From: Podarcis bocagei
Taxonomy: Eukaryota
Reading direction: 5' to 3' (one strand)
NCBI GenBank assembly: GCA_964188305.1
Contig: OZ076885.1
DNA length: 64,000 bases
Positions 50,495-64,000 of the stretch are shown piece after piece; the first letter of the stretch is position 1; every line of letters starts with the position of its first letter. The notes under the pieces are model-generated. The model ran no database searches, had not been told where the DNA came from, and saw only the letters and a list, made by a program, of their open reading frames with translations. A program made the position numbers and the translations under genes.

Positions 50495-53445
50495 ATATGC
50501 CCAAAGTGAGCAACATAAGGTATTTCAGATGCTGTGTGTTATTCTGGAGTTTTCGTGTGCTAGAATGAATAATTTATACCAGAGGCATAAATATTTATAC
50601 TAGTGTATGTGACCTTCCAGATGTTGCTAGCCAATGTTCAAGGATAAACACACATTTAATCCAACAATATGGAGGTGGGGCAGTTTTTCCATATCTGGCT
50701 CAAAGACTCTCTATGAAAACTCTGGTGGAATGAAGACACTTGATTTAGCTCAGTTCCGCTCTAGTGCACTAATTCTGCATAGTATGCACTCAAAATGTCA
50801 AAACTTCTGTATCTCAGAGGCTACTCCAGTCATTTGTCTAGGGACCAAGAGCATCTAACTCCATAATGAAAATGGCACCATCTCACAGCAAGTTCTTCAT
50901 ATTTATGGAGCATATACACTCAGTCATAGAATTAGATATCAATATGTATGTTTGCATATTACATACAAAATCCAAGAAAGTAACTGTTACTTTTGAGTGT
51001 AACTCTTTACAATTCTGGTATGGCTATCAGCATCCAGAATAATTTCTTTGGAGTTGCATCTGGTCCATGGACACCAGTTGGCCATCGCTGACCTACACCT
51101 TATACAGTTTGTATGATGCAAGATGTTTAGAGACTGTGAACCTCTTATATTTTTTGAAACATCTGTGAAGGCACCAACTCTTTTCATTTCCTTTATTTAT
51201 TGCCTTGTCAAGCCAGAGACAAAGGTGATTTAAACTCTCAGAGCATGAGTTTCTAGAGAATAGAACAACTGTCTATGTTTTGTTGTGCCTTCATGTTAGC
51301 TGGTCCTGAATACATTATATCAAATGTGTAGGTCATAGGTATTTCAGCACAAATTGATAGTGCAGATGGTGCAGCCTATATTAATATGGGGCTCAAGGGA
51401 ATTAACTTTATTTTGCTCATGTTCCTTTGTCTTTCAACATTTGATAATTTTGTTGATGTATTTATAGAATCTGAATTTCCCATCTGTCAACAGGCTGGTT
51501 TCTTGTTTCCATCAAGTGAGATTGGTTCCAAACACATTATTGTGCTATTTTATGAAGCCGCGTTCCATTGTCACAGGATGTTTATCAATACATACAAAAT
51601 CCACTGGTGGCCACTTCACTTATCACTTTGCAATGCAGTATCCAGGAATGTTTTAAACTATCTATATTTATTAAATAACCAATAACAATTTCATAATGTT
51701 TAATGCCAAGAGGAATTCCAAGGTTACTCTGCCAACTGAGTTGATAAGCACTCAAGGATAAAGCAAATCTATTTCGTTGATTACCCTTGAAAAATAATTT
51801 GCAATCATCTATCTGGGGGAAAAAATCAGTGTGTGTAAAAACCAGTTTCAACATTATAAGTAGTTCACTAAATTTGTATGGAAAATCCTTAGTAATATTA
51901 ACTGTAAGTTTTTAATGGATGGGCTGAATAAACTCATTGCTTATAGCTACATAATGAAGTTATTCTGCTGGATGCAGAATATAACTTAAATAGACATTGT
52001 TTTGCATTTATTTTTTGTTGATTGACCCACAATCCTTTGCAGGGTGAGACAGTGTGTTTCATTTATATGAAGTTCAGGTAGTAGGGCCTGGTTAATAGAA
52101 ATAATTTAATTTTGTTTCTTGTTTGCTTTGATGAAATTGTATGAGATACATTTATTGAATTTGCTATTAGCAGTTTCAGCCTTCCTAGTAACAGTTCAGT
52201 ACAATGGCAAACAAAAGTGAGATAGCCAATGAAGCTTTGTGTGTGTGCCACATTTTATTCAACCACTTATCAAATGTGTAGGAGAGCTGTCATTAATGTT
52301 CTATAGCCAATATTGCACAAGCTCTGAACTCACCAGATCCCATCATCATTATTGTTAGAATTATCATTAACTATTATTAACTATACTGTATTAACTAAAT
52401 TATACTAACTTCTTTAGTACTTCCTATGCCAACATAGTAGCAGACTTTCAGCAAACATGGTCATTCAGTGCACTTTTCATTCAATATTTCTGTCTATAAG
52501 TACTTTCAACACAACTAATAATATATAATCCATTTAATCCTTGGATTTTGCAATGTTGCCAATAGAATCAGAACCAGAATGAACATCAGGATGATTTTAT
52601 TGATATTTTCAATATTTATTTCATCTGCCAAAATGTGGGAATGAAACATTCTGGCTCTGTCAGCCTCATTCTGTGCAAACAGGTTTAGCAAGGAGGACTG
52701 TAAAACAATGTAATGTTGCTGACAGATTTAGTTTTTAGGAGCAAAGAGTGAGTTCAGCCTAAATCTCAAGTCTAACAAAAACACTAGATAAAGGACCTAC
52801 AGAGGAAGAACTAGGAAAATTTAAACAATCTCATCTAGGATATCAGTGGGCAGTTTACACTGAGAACTAGTTCAAATTAGCTAGATAGGTAGGCTTCCCG
52901 TAGCATGTTTTCCTCCATGTTGAAAAAGTCTTATAATAATAAATTCAAACTCAATTTAAACATGACAAAGGGTCTGTATGGTGAAGTGAGTTTGAGTTTG
53001 TTGACCCTTATCCAGTGCAGAAAAAAAGACTTTCTTGTGAAGTGAGTATCTCATAGGAAATAGTCTGAGCCCTTTTCATCTCATGTATTTTTGTGTGATC
53101 AATACCATGATCAAGCAAGGAGTGGATATGTTCATTTGTGCAATGATATGACAGATGGACCCTAGAAAATGAACCTAAAGGACTGAACTGTACAACTTGT
53201 GTGAGAATGCCAGGAGGGTCACGCTAGAACTGAACATCTTCCATTCTGTATGCAGTTGCCCCGTGCACTGCCATATAAGAACTACACTTTGGAGTAACTT
53301 CATGGCAGTGAAGTATTCTCTGACTCTAGGCTAGCCTGACCCACCTAGGCTAGGGAGAAGAGGGCTATAAAAGGTTTCCTGGTAGGGATTTTGTTTGAGA
53401 AACAAGATCTTCCTAGCTGTGATGTGCTTTGATTGATTTGGACCT

Positions 53446-53575
53446 CATAGAATCATAGAATTGCAGGGTCATGGGAGTTGGAAGGGACCTCAAGGGTCAT
53501 CTTGCCCAACCCTCTGCAATGCAGGAATCACAGCTAAAGCATCCATGACAGATGGCCATCCAGCCTCTGCTTAAA
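53446..53575 (-). mobile_element. CR1 3' tail
   Basis: CATAGAATCATAGAAT...GGAAGGGACC..AAGGGTCATCT..CCAACCC..GATGGCCATCCAGCCTCTGCTT is the reverse complement of a CR1 end. Confidence 0.8.
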
Positions 53576-53792
53576 GAATCTGCAATCTATTGAGGGAGTA
53601 CTGACTTACATCTGACAACTCCTCATAGCTCAACCTTGGGGGCCAGGGCAGAGAGATCTTATGCCTTATTTTACATATTGCAAAAAAACTGAAAGTATTA
53701 GGATTGAGGTGTGTGTTTGCATTATACAGGGATATTTTAAGACAAAGAAAGCACCCCTTTCCCTTTGCAGCTCTCCTGAGTATTTCCTTTTC

Positions 53793-53867
53793 CATCCTGC
53801 TATACAATATTGGTAGCCACATCCTGCTATACAATGTTGGTAGCTATACAATGTTGGTAGCCACATC
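53793..53867. repeat. Short tandem duplication (27-bp unit plus partial copy)
   Basis: CATCCTGCTATACAAT(A/G)TTGGTAGC(CAC) is repeated, with a third GCTATACAATGTTGGTAGCCACATC. Confidence 0.85.
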
Positions 53868-54689
53868 AAATCTGAGCCCTCTGTTCCTAAGTAGCTCAAT
53901 AAGGAAATAACTGGAAATATGTGATTTCCCCATTCCTTTTATGACCCCTCTCTCCAAATAAATAAAGACAGGCTCCTGTTACAGGGTATGTAGAGCTCTG
54001 AGCAAATGCAGTGCTTTGGGGGATTGGGACACATTACAAAAATTCATGAAGGTTGCACTGATTTGACAGTCAATTCACATCCATTATTTCAATATGAATA
54101 ATTAAATGATTAAACCAAAGTAATTATATATGTAATGAGGAGATGCATGTTATCAGCCCCTTACAAAATTCAATTTAATTGGTGGGAGTTGTAAAATTGG
54201 TAAAGTACTATTACTTTAATTCACAGTTGTTTTCTTGTCCTAGTCTTAATAAAAATAAATTACTCATCAAATCAAATGAAACTTCTCATGCTTTTCAGTA
54301 AGTTCAAGCTAATTCATTATACATTATTAAAAACAATATTTGATGGTATCATGTAGAACCATGTGCAATTAAATTTCCTACAAAACTGGTTCACAGTTTA
54401 TTCTTAAATATGCTGCTGTAAGAATGGGGACATACATTATATAAAATAGATACTTTGAACCTGTATTTCAGAAATTGCTTCAACTGAATCATAACCAATA
54501 CTACTATGTAAACAAGCTACAAACCTGCTTCTTCCAGGGAAGTAGAACCTCACCTGTAACCATCTTCTCACCTCCAGGACTCCAGGACTTGGAACATATA
54601 ACACCACTGTCTTTTTGGGACTGAGCTTCAGTTTTTTGGCTCATATCCAGCCTATCACTACCTCCAGGAACCTATCTAGTACCTGAGCT

Positions 54690-54990
54690 GCCTCTCCTGA
54701 TTCAGATGGAATGGAGAGATAAAGCTGGGTGTCATCCACATATTGGTGATGCTCCAAATTTCCAGTTGCCTACTCCCAGTGGCTTCATGTAGGCGTTAAA
54801 TAACATGGGAGACAAAATGGAACCTTGCAGGATGTGACAGGAAAGCTCTCATGGCAAGCAGTTCCCCCACCTCAGAACTACTTTCTGGAAATTGCCCTGG
54901 AAGTAGGAACAGAAGCACTAAAGTAAAGTGACCCCCAACCCCCATATCCCTCAGCCACTCCATAAGAATACTGTGATCAAATGGTATCAA
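54690..54990 (-). mobile_element. L2-clade LINE RT remnant
   Basis: Minus-strand remnants FDHSIL, QGSILSPMLFNAYMKP and HQYVDDTQLYLS (RT motifs A, B and C), frameshifted. Confidence 0.75.
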
Positions 54991-57626
54991 CAAAGGAAAC
55001 ATCTTGCAAGTTAGCAAATGTGGGATTGCAGCTTTATTTGTGACTGTGTTGATTTCAATGGAACTTAGTTTCAGGTGACTTTTGTTAGATTATGCAAAAA
55101 ATGTTATCAGAATAATGCTATCTCTCTGTCCCCTTTCATTACACAGGGACAGGATAAAGAGGGGATATCACTGTGATTGGGTTAGCATAGGAACAGGGTT
55201 AAGGGGAAGGGGAATTCTGTATTTCTAAGCTGCCTGGAACTGCCCTTATGTTTCCACTGATATTTCTCTAAAATAATATGAAAAATATATTACTGCAAGC
55301 AGGTGAAATGACAAGATCAGCAGGAAACCTAGATACTAGTAAATCATTTCCTTGCTCCATCAATCTCAGCCACTCTAGGAAGCAGTTTGTGCTTGGAAAA
55401 GGCGATCTTGCCGTGGAATCCTATATTATGCCACGTTTCAAACTGCTCAGTTAAATATATCTAATAGGCAGCATATACTACTGTACCAAAATCTCTGATG
55501 ACTTTCATTATTCTACGTTGGCTTTGGCATGGATTAAAATTGTGACAATTGCTTTAAAAATCTATAGTTTGTTACTCAGATGTCTTTCTACTTTCTGTAA
55601 ATTTAAGATGATTACATATTAATGTTACTGTAGTTTTAATATCCTATGTACACAAAAATGCACTTCTATGAGGTACCATTCTTTTTATGTGCCACTTATT
55701 GTGAAAATCACAATACAAATGGATCAGTGCATTTATTTCCATATACTATCCAGAAGGCTGCTCAATATCTTTCCACCTCGTTAGAAAAATGACTGAAATT
55801 ATGATTTGCTCAACAATTTAAAATCATTACTTTGCATAGGCAGTAAATACATGGCTGTTAAATAATAAGTGCTGAAACCCATTTTGGTTATTACACCTGT
55901 CAACTAGGCATTTAGTTACCTTTTATTGTTTTCAAAATGCCAGATAACATTGCATCTTTATAACTATGGAAGATAAATAGAATGACTGATTTAGAACTAA
56001 GCTTGTTGATACTTCATAAAAAACCACCCAAAATGTAAACTGATAATATGCATGTTAACAATAATCATAAGAGAGTATGGAATGATTAGACAGTTTCCTA
56101 AACTAGGCCCTATAACCAACTCAGAAGCCAACTCATGACCTCCGGATTCTATTAGGCCATGTAAGAACATCAACCACATCCATTTACACATCTTCCAGTG
56201 AACAGATATCACCTTCTTTAGAATTTAAGCTGTATTATGCACCCATGTTTTTAACTGGACAACTGGTGTTTTAACTTCTTGCCTTAATTTCACATATGTT
56301 TTGTTATTGCTTCTTTTGTAATTAAAAAAAAATGAGAGCGTTGCTAAAGAAGCAACATGCAAATATGTTTAACAAATTATTAGAGAACACATTTGATATT
56401 TGAAGATAATAAATGAGCTGAAAACCATGAGGTAATGTTTGATAAAAACTGATGGTAGATAACTAATAATTATTCTGCTTGTATTTCTGTATGAGGTTAT
56501 GGGCACACACAAGTTTTCAAAGAGATTCTTACTTGGAATGATGCAAAATCTCTCATTGAAATCTAAATGTCCTTTAGTTTTCACTTGTCAGCCAAAAACA
56601 CGTAGCAAAAAAGGCAGCTTCTTCTAACATACATCTCATAAGGGCATGTTATTATATTGTTATCCTCTAGGTGCCTGCAGACTGATTGCTTTATTATCAG
56701 CTTCAGTGAAAAATCCCATGGCGAGGTTAAAGTAGGTGATTTGTAATTTTCAGAATCTGTCGGTATTGTCTGAGCGACTCCCTTTGTTTTCTTGCTTTTC
56801 TGATATTTATATCCACTTTGTTTCTTTCCTTCCATTTTGTGACTTCTCTGTGGCTGAGTATTTGGCTTCATCTGTTAATTGTAGTTTCATGTCCTTTTTC
56901 TACGAATTTGATTTTCTCTAGTTTTATTTCTGGAGGACAAGGCAAAGACATCATTTCATCCTAAAATAAATTATAACACTGTGAAGGAATTTTTTGCCTT
57001 GGAATCTAAATGCTATAAAAGCAGAAGGCAGCTCTGAGCAGACTTTGCCTTTCTCCCAGCAAATGGAAAAGTCTATTCAGAGAAGAGGTGCCCTATGTAG
57101 TGCCCCCCCAACGTTGGACAACAACTCACACTATCCCTGAACACTGACTAGGTTGACTGCGGCTTGTGGGAGCTGTATTCCAACAATATCTGGAAGGCAC
57201 CACACTGGCTATTGCTACCCTAGATGATTTGGAGGACCTGAACATCATAGGATGGGGTATATGTGATGTGGAAACTGATGAGGAGGCGGGAATTTCATAA
57301 ACAACATTGCTGTGGACAAAAAAGCCATCTTCCAGTATCTTCCATCTGCTCATTGTTCTCAGGACCCAAGTCACTGAGACTGTCATAAAAACAAAACAAA
57401 GCAAAACAAAACAACATTCCAAATATAAGAGCAATTTGATTTTTAGAATTTTCAGGAGTCTGCAGCTGGGCTGCAGACCTATACTTACACCTGCCACATA
57501 CTGCCCCCCCCCCCCAAAAATGGGGATCCTATAGTGTATTAAGAAGCAAGACAAAGTAATTGAAAAGATCTGACAACCATTTGAAAAGGCAATAGTGAGT
57601 CTGGAAGCAGATGTTTGTTGCCTTGG

Positions 57627-57759
57627 CTCTGTAATAGCTTCACAGAACAACCAACCTACACAGAACAACCAACCTACACAGCCAACCAACCTCTGAACAA
57701 CCAACCTAAACAACCAACCAACCTCTGTAATAGCTTCACAGAACAACCAACCTACACAG
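57627..57759. repeat. Complex local duplication / CAAC-rich tandem repeat
   Basis: CTCTGTAATAGCTTCACAGAACAACCAACCTACACAGA occurs twice (57627 and 57723), separated by AACAACCAACCT subrepeats. Confidence 0.85.
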
Positions 57760-60700
57760 ACACAGCAAGCCTCTAGCTGACCAGTTCTGGACCAGTGTAG
57801 GCCTGTTACCTTGGCTTTGTTAACTTCTACTAACATATTGTCTGGCTTTACAATTGCACTGGGTCCCCTCTCACACTGGAACACACACACACACCAAACT
57901 TGAAACAGCAGTACCTGTCCTTGCATTGTTTGACATCAGGAACAAGACTGGGAAAGATTTCTAGTCCTGGAGATCGCAATTTTTTGTCTGGCTGCCAAAC
58001 TCAGCAATAATAATAATAATAAATAATAAATTTTATTTATATCCCGCCCTCCCCAGCCAAAGTAGATCTCTGGATATGATTAATCTAAAAAAGTATGATT
58101 ATATCAAAGGTAAAGAAAGCCCAATTACATTAATAAAATCGAAAAATGATTTTGTTTCAGATGTTTCTATTCTGCATTTTGATCAATTTTAAAAGTAAGG
58201 ATTCTGAGGTGTTTTAACTGGTGGAAGTCACCAGATGAAGCCTATGACACTCATCAATCAATCAACAAGCTAAATCAACTCCACCATTAATCAACAAATA
58301 AATGTACAGACTGAAAACAAATAATAATCAGCCAGAAAGAACAATATAAATAACTCATGCTCCAGCGCTCCCCAGTCTGTTGGTGTGGTGTTTGGGTCCA
58401 CAGACGCAGCTTGGAGGCTGGGACTCACAGCCTTTGTATGCAGCTCAGGGAAGGAAGGACGCAATTTGAAAGGTTTGCTGCAGCGTCATTTTTGGGGAAA
58501 CACTTGGGAATTAGTAGCAAAACGAAAAGATAAGCACTTAAGAGGTAAATCAAATCTTCACAGATGCAAAGATGCTGAGACAAGATATTTTCACACCTCT
58601 ACAGTGCCCACAATCTGTTCTGCCAGCAGCAGCTTTCTGAAGCCCAAAGAAGGAAATTAAGCAAATCAAAGCACTATTTGGATAATTTTGTAGCTTAAAA
58701 AGTTGGGTGTATGTTTCAACACTGATTAAAGGCTGAGGCTGAATCATCATCAGGTTTCAGGCAACATTAGTTGCAAAAGACATTTCTTAAACACACACAC
58801 AAGAGCAACAAAAGACATGATATAATAATTTGAGTAGAAATGCTCAGTGGTGTTGTAGTTAGTACACTTCTTCACTTTGATAACATTTACCGGTACTTCA
58901 CTTCTAGAAACCTTCACTATTGAGCTTAAAGTTGAATACTGAATATGTTCATATTCAATTTCAGCATGATGTAAAAATCTACCATTTACTAAGTATATGG
59001 AATGCTAATTTCCCATGATCTACCAAAATATACATCTAATTCTCTATTGAATAGTTAAACACCTCAATTTTTCTGCACATTCAGCAAAATTATTATGCAA
59101 AGCATTCTATTCTCTACAAATACAGTCACATACTTTGATTTGTAGCAGAATGATTTTCATTTTTACTGCCATTAAGATTTGACGTAATATAGGTATGATG
59201 TTTAAAAAATATATAAATATTCTAAGGTTCTGATACACATTGGGAACATTTAACTAATGAGTCACATTAGCATAAACTCTACATAAGCACTGTCACTTGT
59301 GCAATGGGATTTGACCCTCCTCTCTTCCTGCCACACACCCCAAAATTGGCTCTGGGGGGGTGTAAGGAGAGTCTCCAGAACAGCACATGGAGGGGAGAGG
59401 AGAGGAGGAATCATTCGGTCTGGGAGCCAAAATGCTTACCCTGAAGGAATGACTGTCTTGGCACAAATATTGGTACATAAGCATAGGTATATATTGATAC
59501 AATTTACCAGCCTTTACAGCAATGTCCATCTTTATTGCAGATATTAATATTGCTCAGCTTGAAGCAACAGGATTAATAAAAACTGACTCCTCTTAGAATA
59601 AAAATTGTCCAGTCCCAAAATAGGGCTTCAAAGCTTTACTAACAGAACTTTCTTCAAAACAGAACATAAAATAATTATGCTATATCCAGATAGTTGCATA
59701 AGATCATGTGCTTGTCCAGGTACAGGTTCTTCTTCTTACAAATATGAAATACAGTACTGTTATAATCTGAGCTGATAGAGCTCTGTCTCTCCCAGAGACT
59801 CCATTATCCTAAAGGCTGTTTTCTCTCCACACCTTTGTCTTCTGTGTCTTGGAAAAAAAAAGGCTCCCAGAAAATGGAGATTTGCAACAGAATAACATGT
59901 GATCTAAGTTAGACACACGGAGGGCCAGCAGAGATACTTAAAGTTAATTATCAGCCTGGTGGCACTTAGACAGCTCCTAGTTTAGCTCAATGGAATTTTC
60001 CAAACCCTTTTAGCAATACACATACAGAGCTATTTTCCATTTCAACAATTAAACCATCATATTTAACAATCTTTTACTAAACTAAGGGCTGCCCAAGACA
60101 TCACGGTTTGTAATCTTAACGCTTTGTTATTGTTAACTTTACAATTTTGAATTCTTCTATGCTCATGATGGATTCCATAGAGCAAATGCTGATCCCTCTC
60201 CTAAACACATTAAACTTCAAATATCACACGCACACACGTCAAAGATTGGTGGGAGGTCAAAAGTATTTTTCTCCCGATATCAGCCATACTGTTTACATCA
60301 AATTTCAAATGAGTAAATGATATTTTATCTGCTGGTAGATTATTAATCAAACAGAAATATTCAATTGAAGTTTCTCGTTCTAATTAAACTTTCACTTTGC
60401 ATAATATGCCACTTACTCCATATCTACAGTTGCAATCACTGCTACATAAAAGAAATGTCAACTTCAAAGTAAGTGTTCCTTTCAGATAAGGCTTTCTGCC
60501 TCTGTGCATTATGTGTAGCTGACTCTCAAAATAATTTAAACTTGGATGAACTACATTTTTCATTGCATCGAACGGACATTATGCTCAAGATGATAACATC
60601 AACTAAGGCCATTAGATTTTCAAATTAGAAATAACATGCACATCTAGAAAATTATCAACCATGGCATCTGAAGCTAATGTATAATAAAACTCCAAAACAT

Positions 60701-63700
60701 GTACTGAGTATATGCCATTTTTTCCACAGAGACTAGCACCCATCATAGGTAAGATCCAACCATTCAACCCTACTCCTTTGCCTCAGAAGACATCAATATC
60801 TGTAGCAATACAAGTGTACAACATTTATATTTTTCTACAGCCACCATTGCATAATTAATATCATTTGACTTTGGTTGCACAGTCCTAATATTTATTATTC
60901 AACCTGAATGACTCCTGAACTGGGTGGCTAAATTTAATTCAGAGTGGAACCATTGAAATTAATGAATGTGATTGACTTTGGTCTAATAATTTCAACTGTT
61001 CTAGAGTAAAACGTAGTTGAATATCACCCACAGTCTCCAAAGTGTTGCAATTATTAATCACACCACCATATAAGGGGAATGTCAGGGTGGGGAGAGAGGT
61101 AGTAGGGGAACTGGACTTCACTCATTGAAAGCTTCCAATCCAGGGGTAGAAGCTCAGTCAACACTTTCCAATCACTGTACTTAGGTGGGAGGGATATAAT
61201 CTGTGCTAAGTTTTCTGTGTGTTAGTAGTCTGTCTTCTGTTTGTGTCGGTAGGCCTTGTAGGGGAAAAGTAGCATATAAAAAACTCTGGTCAGTCACCCA
61301 GCCCTGCTACTTCAGAGAAACCAGGCAGGCAGGCGGGCAAGCAGGCACTGGCATAGAGAGGCAGGCAGGCAGACAAGGGAGAAATACTCTTGCCAGGCTG
61401 GCATCCACAGACCCCATATGGCAGTGCTGAAAAAGCAACTAAAGTTGAGCTACTATACTGGAGCATGAGAATTGGCAGGATTGGCCAGTGCAAGTGATTA
61501 GGAGTACCAAAGATTTGGATTTATAGAGCAGGACAGAACAATTTTTGTGCTGAGTCGGGGATGGATCTGGATGTATTAATTCAATCCCAAGCAAGATCAA
61601 GGAGGCTTGAACAAACAATCCCAATAAAAGAAAAATGTTCTTAATACAAGTACCAATTTCCCACATTTGTATTCTAATGCTTACCAAACACCACTTTCTA
61701 GCCACATTATTTTATGAATTAAAATGAAGTGTCATTATTTGTGTTGATTGGAACTATTCTGGCATATAATGGGAGAAAAATATAACGGCAGAAGCCCTAT
61801 TTAAGTCAGATACCATAATCGTTGCTATGAAAAGAAACAGCTATAAAACAGTGTGCCTCCAAGCGAGAGTCCAAGACAACATGCGATCCATTACTCTTTT
61901 CAGATATCTCTTCCCTGGATTTTGCATGATGCAAGGGGAGTTCAGGCAATTTTTCCATTTCACTTAGATCACCTCAAAAAGACACTCTAATGTGGGCATT
62001 TGAAATCCTTAAATAAAATTATATGTTTCCCTGTATTTCTCTCTGGGATAGAAATTCTCACAGCATGCTAGAAGCAAAACCCTCTCATCCTTATTTCACC
62101 AGGCAAGCACAAAATCACACTTTATATACAGAGAAACCATGCACTGGATTCTCTGTTACTTTTATTCACAGCAGCTTGCTTAGATTCTACTACGTACTTC
62201 TGCAAAACAACCCAAGGTAATTTTTTATGGTAGCAATAGCATCCCTATCAAACTCTTCCTTTCTTAATATGTTTTCCAGGGTATATCAATAGGAAAGCAG
62301 GATTCCAATCAATAAAAATACCTACCACTCATCCTATCTTTTTATCCTGCTGTTATATACTTTTAGAAATATAGTTTCATATTCCATTCCAAGTCCTGTT
62401 TTTAGTTTGGGTTCTTTTCAGTCTGCAAATAAACAGTGGGTAGTCGATAGGCCATTATACTACTCGACAAGGCTAATAATGATGATCCAGCTCTCTCTGC
62501 TCCCTTCTTATAACTAATTCAGATAGTTTCATTTATTATTTTCCCCATCTTATATGTCACACTCAAGAACTGGTTTTGATCCCACTAAAAGGTGAATACA
62601 ACATATCCCTTTGTAGCTAAATCCTTCTGTATCTGCATTATGTACTCATATCCCAACAACATAAAAGGTTCCTGTTAAAGAATGCTCCTTTTCCCCAATC
62701 ACAAAGACTTTTTTTATTGTGAACACAGAACAGAAAGAAAAGCGTAATATTACCACTTATATGATCCTGCTGTTCCAGTACCTATCTTTGCCCAATTTTC
62801 CTTAATTTTTCATAATAATTATATTAAATATTAAAATAAAGAAAATCCTGTTTTTTAAAATAATAATTCAACTGTTGAGGAATTGTTAAGAAGATTTATT
62901 TTTGTACTGAAAGGATCCATTTGTACTGATAGCATCAGTCCTTGTGGAACTCATGTTTGTTGGATATGTGTGATATGTAGGTCTGGCCTGATTTTATTAG
63001 GGGGAGGGGAACACAATGCTACTTCAGTTTAACATTTTAATACATACTTAGGGTCCCACAAACCCTTCGTTCCATGTTCCTCCTTTCTGCAGCGATGGCT
63101 ACTAGGCAGCATTTAGGCCTTTTGGCTGAACATTCTAAGCTCTGAATAAAGGTTTTACAAAGCTGTTACTGGCTGCAGCCTCCTTCTCTTTGGATGAGAA
63201 AGAGTAGACCTTGCCCTTAACTACTGGTACTTCCTGGCACCTCCCAGGAATAGTAACCACCTCAGGCTGTATCTAGTAATTATTTCCTTGTTACAGTGAT
63301 AGTCCAAACCTCAAGTCACTTGCATTTAAACTTCTGCCTATTGTATCTAGGCATTCAATTTTTCCTGATTACCTAGCACCTTTTTTACTTCATAAAAGGC
63401 AATTTTCCCACCTATATCCATCTCTGAAATAATAACTGTCTCAAATTGAAGGGTTATGGCTCTGCTTTGCATGCAGAAGTTCCTAAGTTCAGTCCCCAGT
63501 ACCTTGAGGTTAAAATTAATGCTCTCTAACAGGAGAAAAACTTGTGTGAATGTGATTATTGTTGTTTGTTATTCAAAAGCATTTAAGACTACCTGAACAT
63601 TTTCTATGTAATGCTTTCTTTGAGATGGTTATTATATTGTCAATAACTTCCTTTGAAACCACCCGGTATGAAGAAGGAAACTTTATTTTTATTTTTCTAT

Positions 63701-64000
63701 CGATCGGTCAGGTATGAATCAATATAGAAATATTTTCCTTTGTGAAACAATAAAACAATTATTGCTCTCTACTGTGTAAACAGGAGAAGGAGAAAGTGAA
63801 GGAAGAGACGTTTCATATCCAACTTATTGGAAAACTAGTCTTAATACACATAACAACCATTCAGGTGAAGAAAAGCACACCTGTAACTTAAGAGAAACCA
63901 CAGAGAAAAGTTGTACAATTCAGCAATTTCACAATACTTCGCTCTAATTGTTATAGGTGCAAAGCGTTCCCTAGGGACAATATAAGAAGAGAACGGATCT

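Noticed and set aside
57126-57926. 266-aa minus-strand ORF
   Set aside because: It runs through simple repeats and the local duplication, with no recognisable domain or exon structure.
35628-64000. Further upstream DPP10 exon (VTFKASRHSVSPDLKYVLLAYDVKQ-like)
   Set aside because: I did not find it by eye, so it probably lies beyond the window. TBLASTN would confirm.

Overview
Vertebrate genomic DNA, AT-rich and CpG-poor. The repeat content (tRNA/CORE SINEs, BovB, CR1, L2, Tc1/mariner and hAT MITEs) points to a squamate, probably a lacertid lizard (inference). The window appears to lie wholly inside the DPP10 gene (inactive dipeptidyl peptidase 10, Kv4 auxiliary subunit) on the minus strand. 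Nine consecutive coding exons, about exons 6-14 by recalled human numbering, lie between 743 and 35627. All have GT-AG boundaries and matching phases, and I found no further DPP10 exon in 35628-64000. The standout feature is a young, 5'-truncated Penelope-like retroelement of Neptune type at 1312-3681 (+ strand, antisense to DPP10). It has an uninterrupted RT + Cys-linker + GIY-YIG ORF, a perfect 12-bp target-site duplication that supplies an in-frame ATG, and a minimal hammerhead ribozyme motif in its 3' end. The introns also hold several nested TE insertions and a GC-rich 60-bp hairpin minisatellite inside a Tc1/mariner-type element. Almost all other ORFs in the track are spurious.
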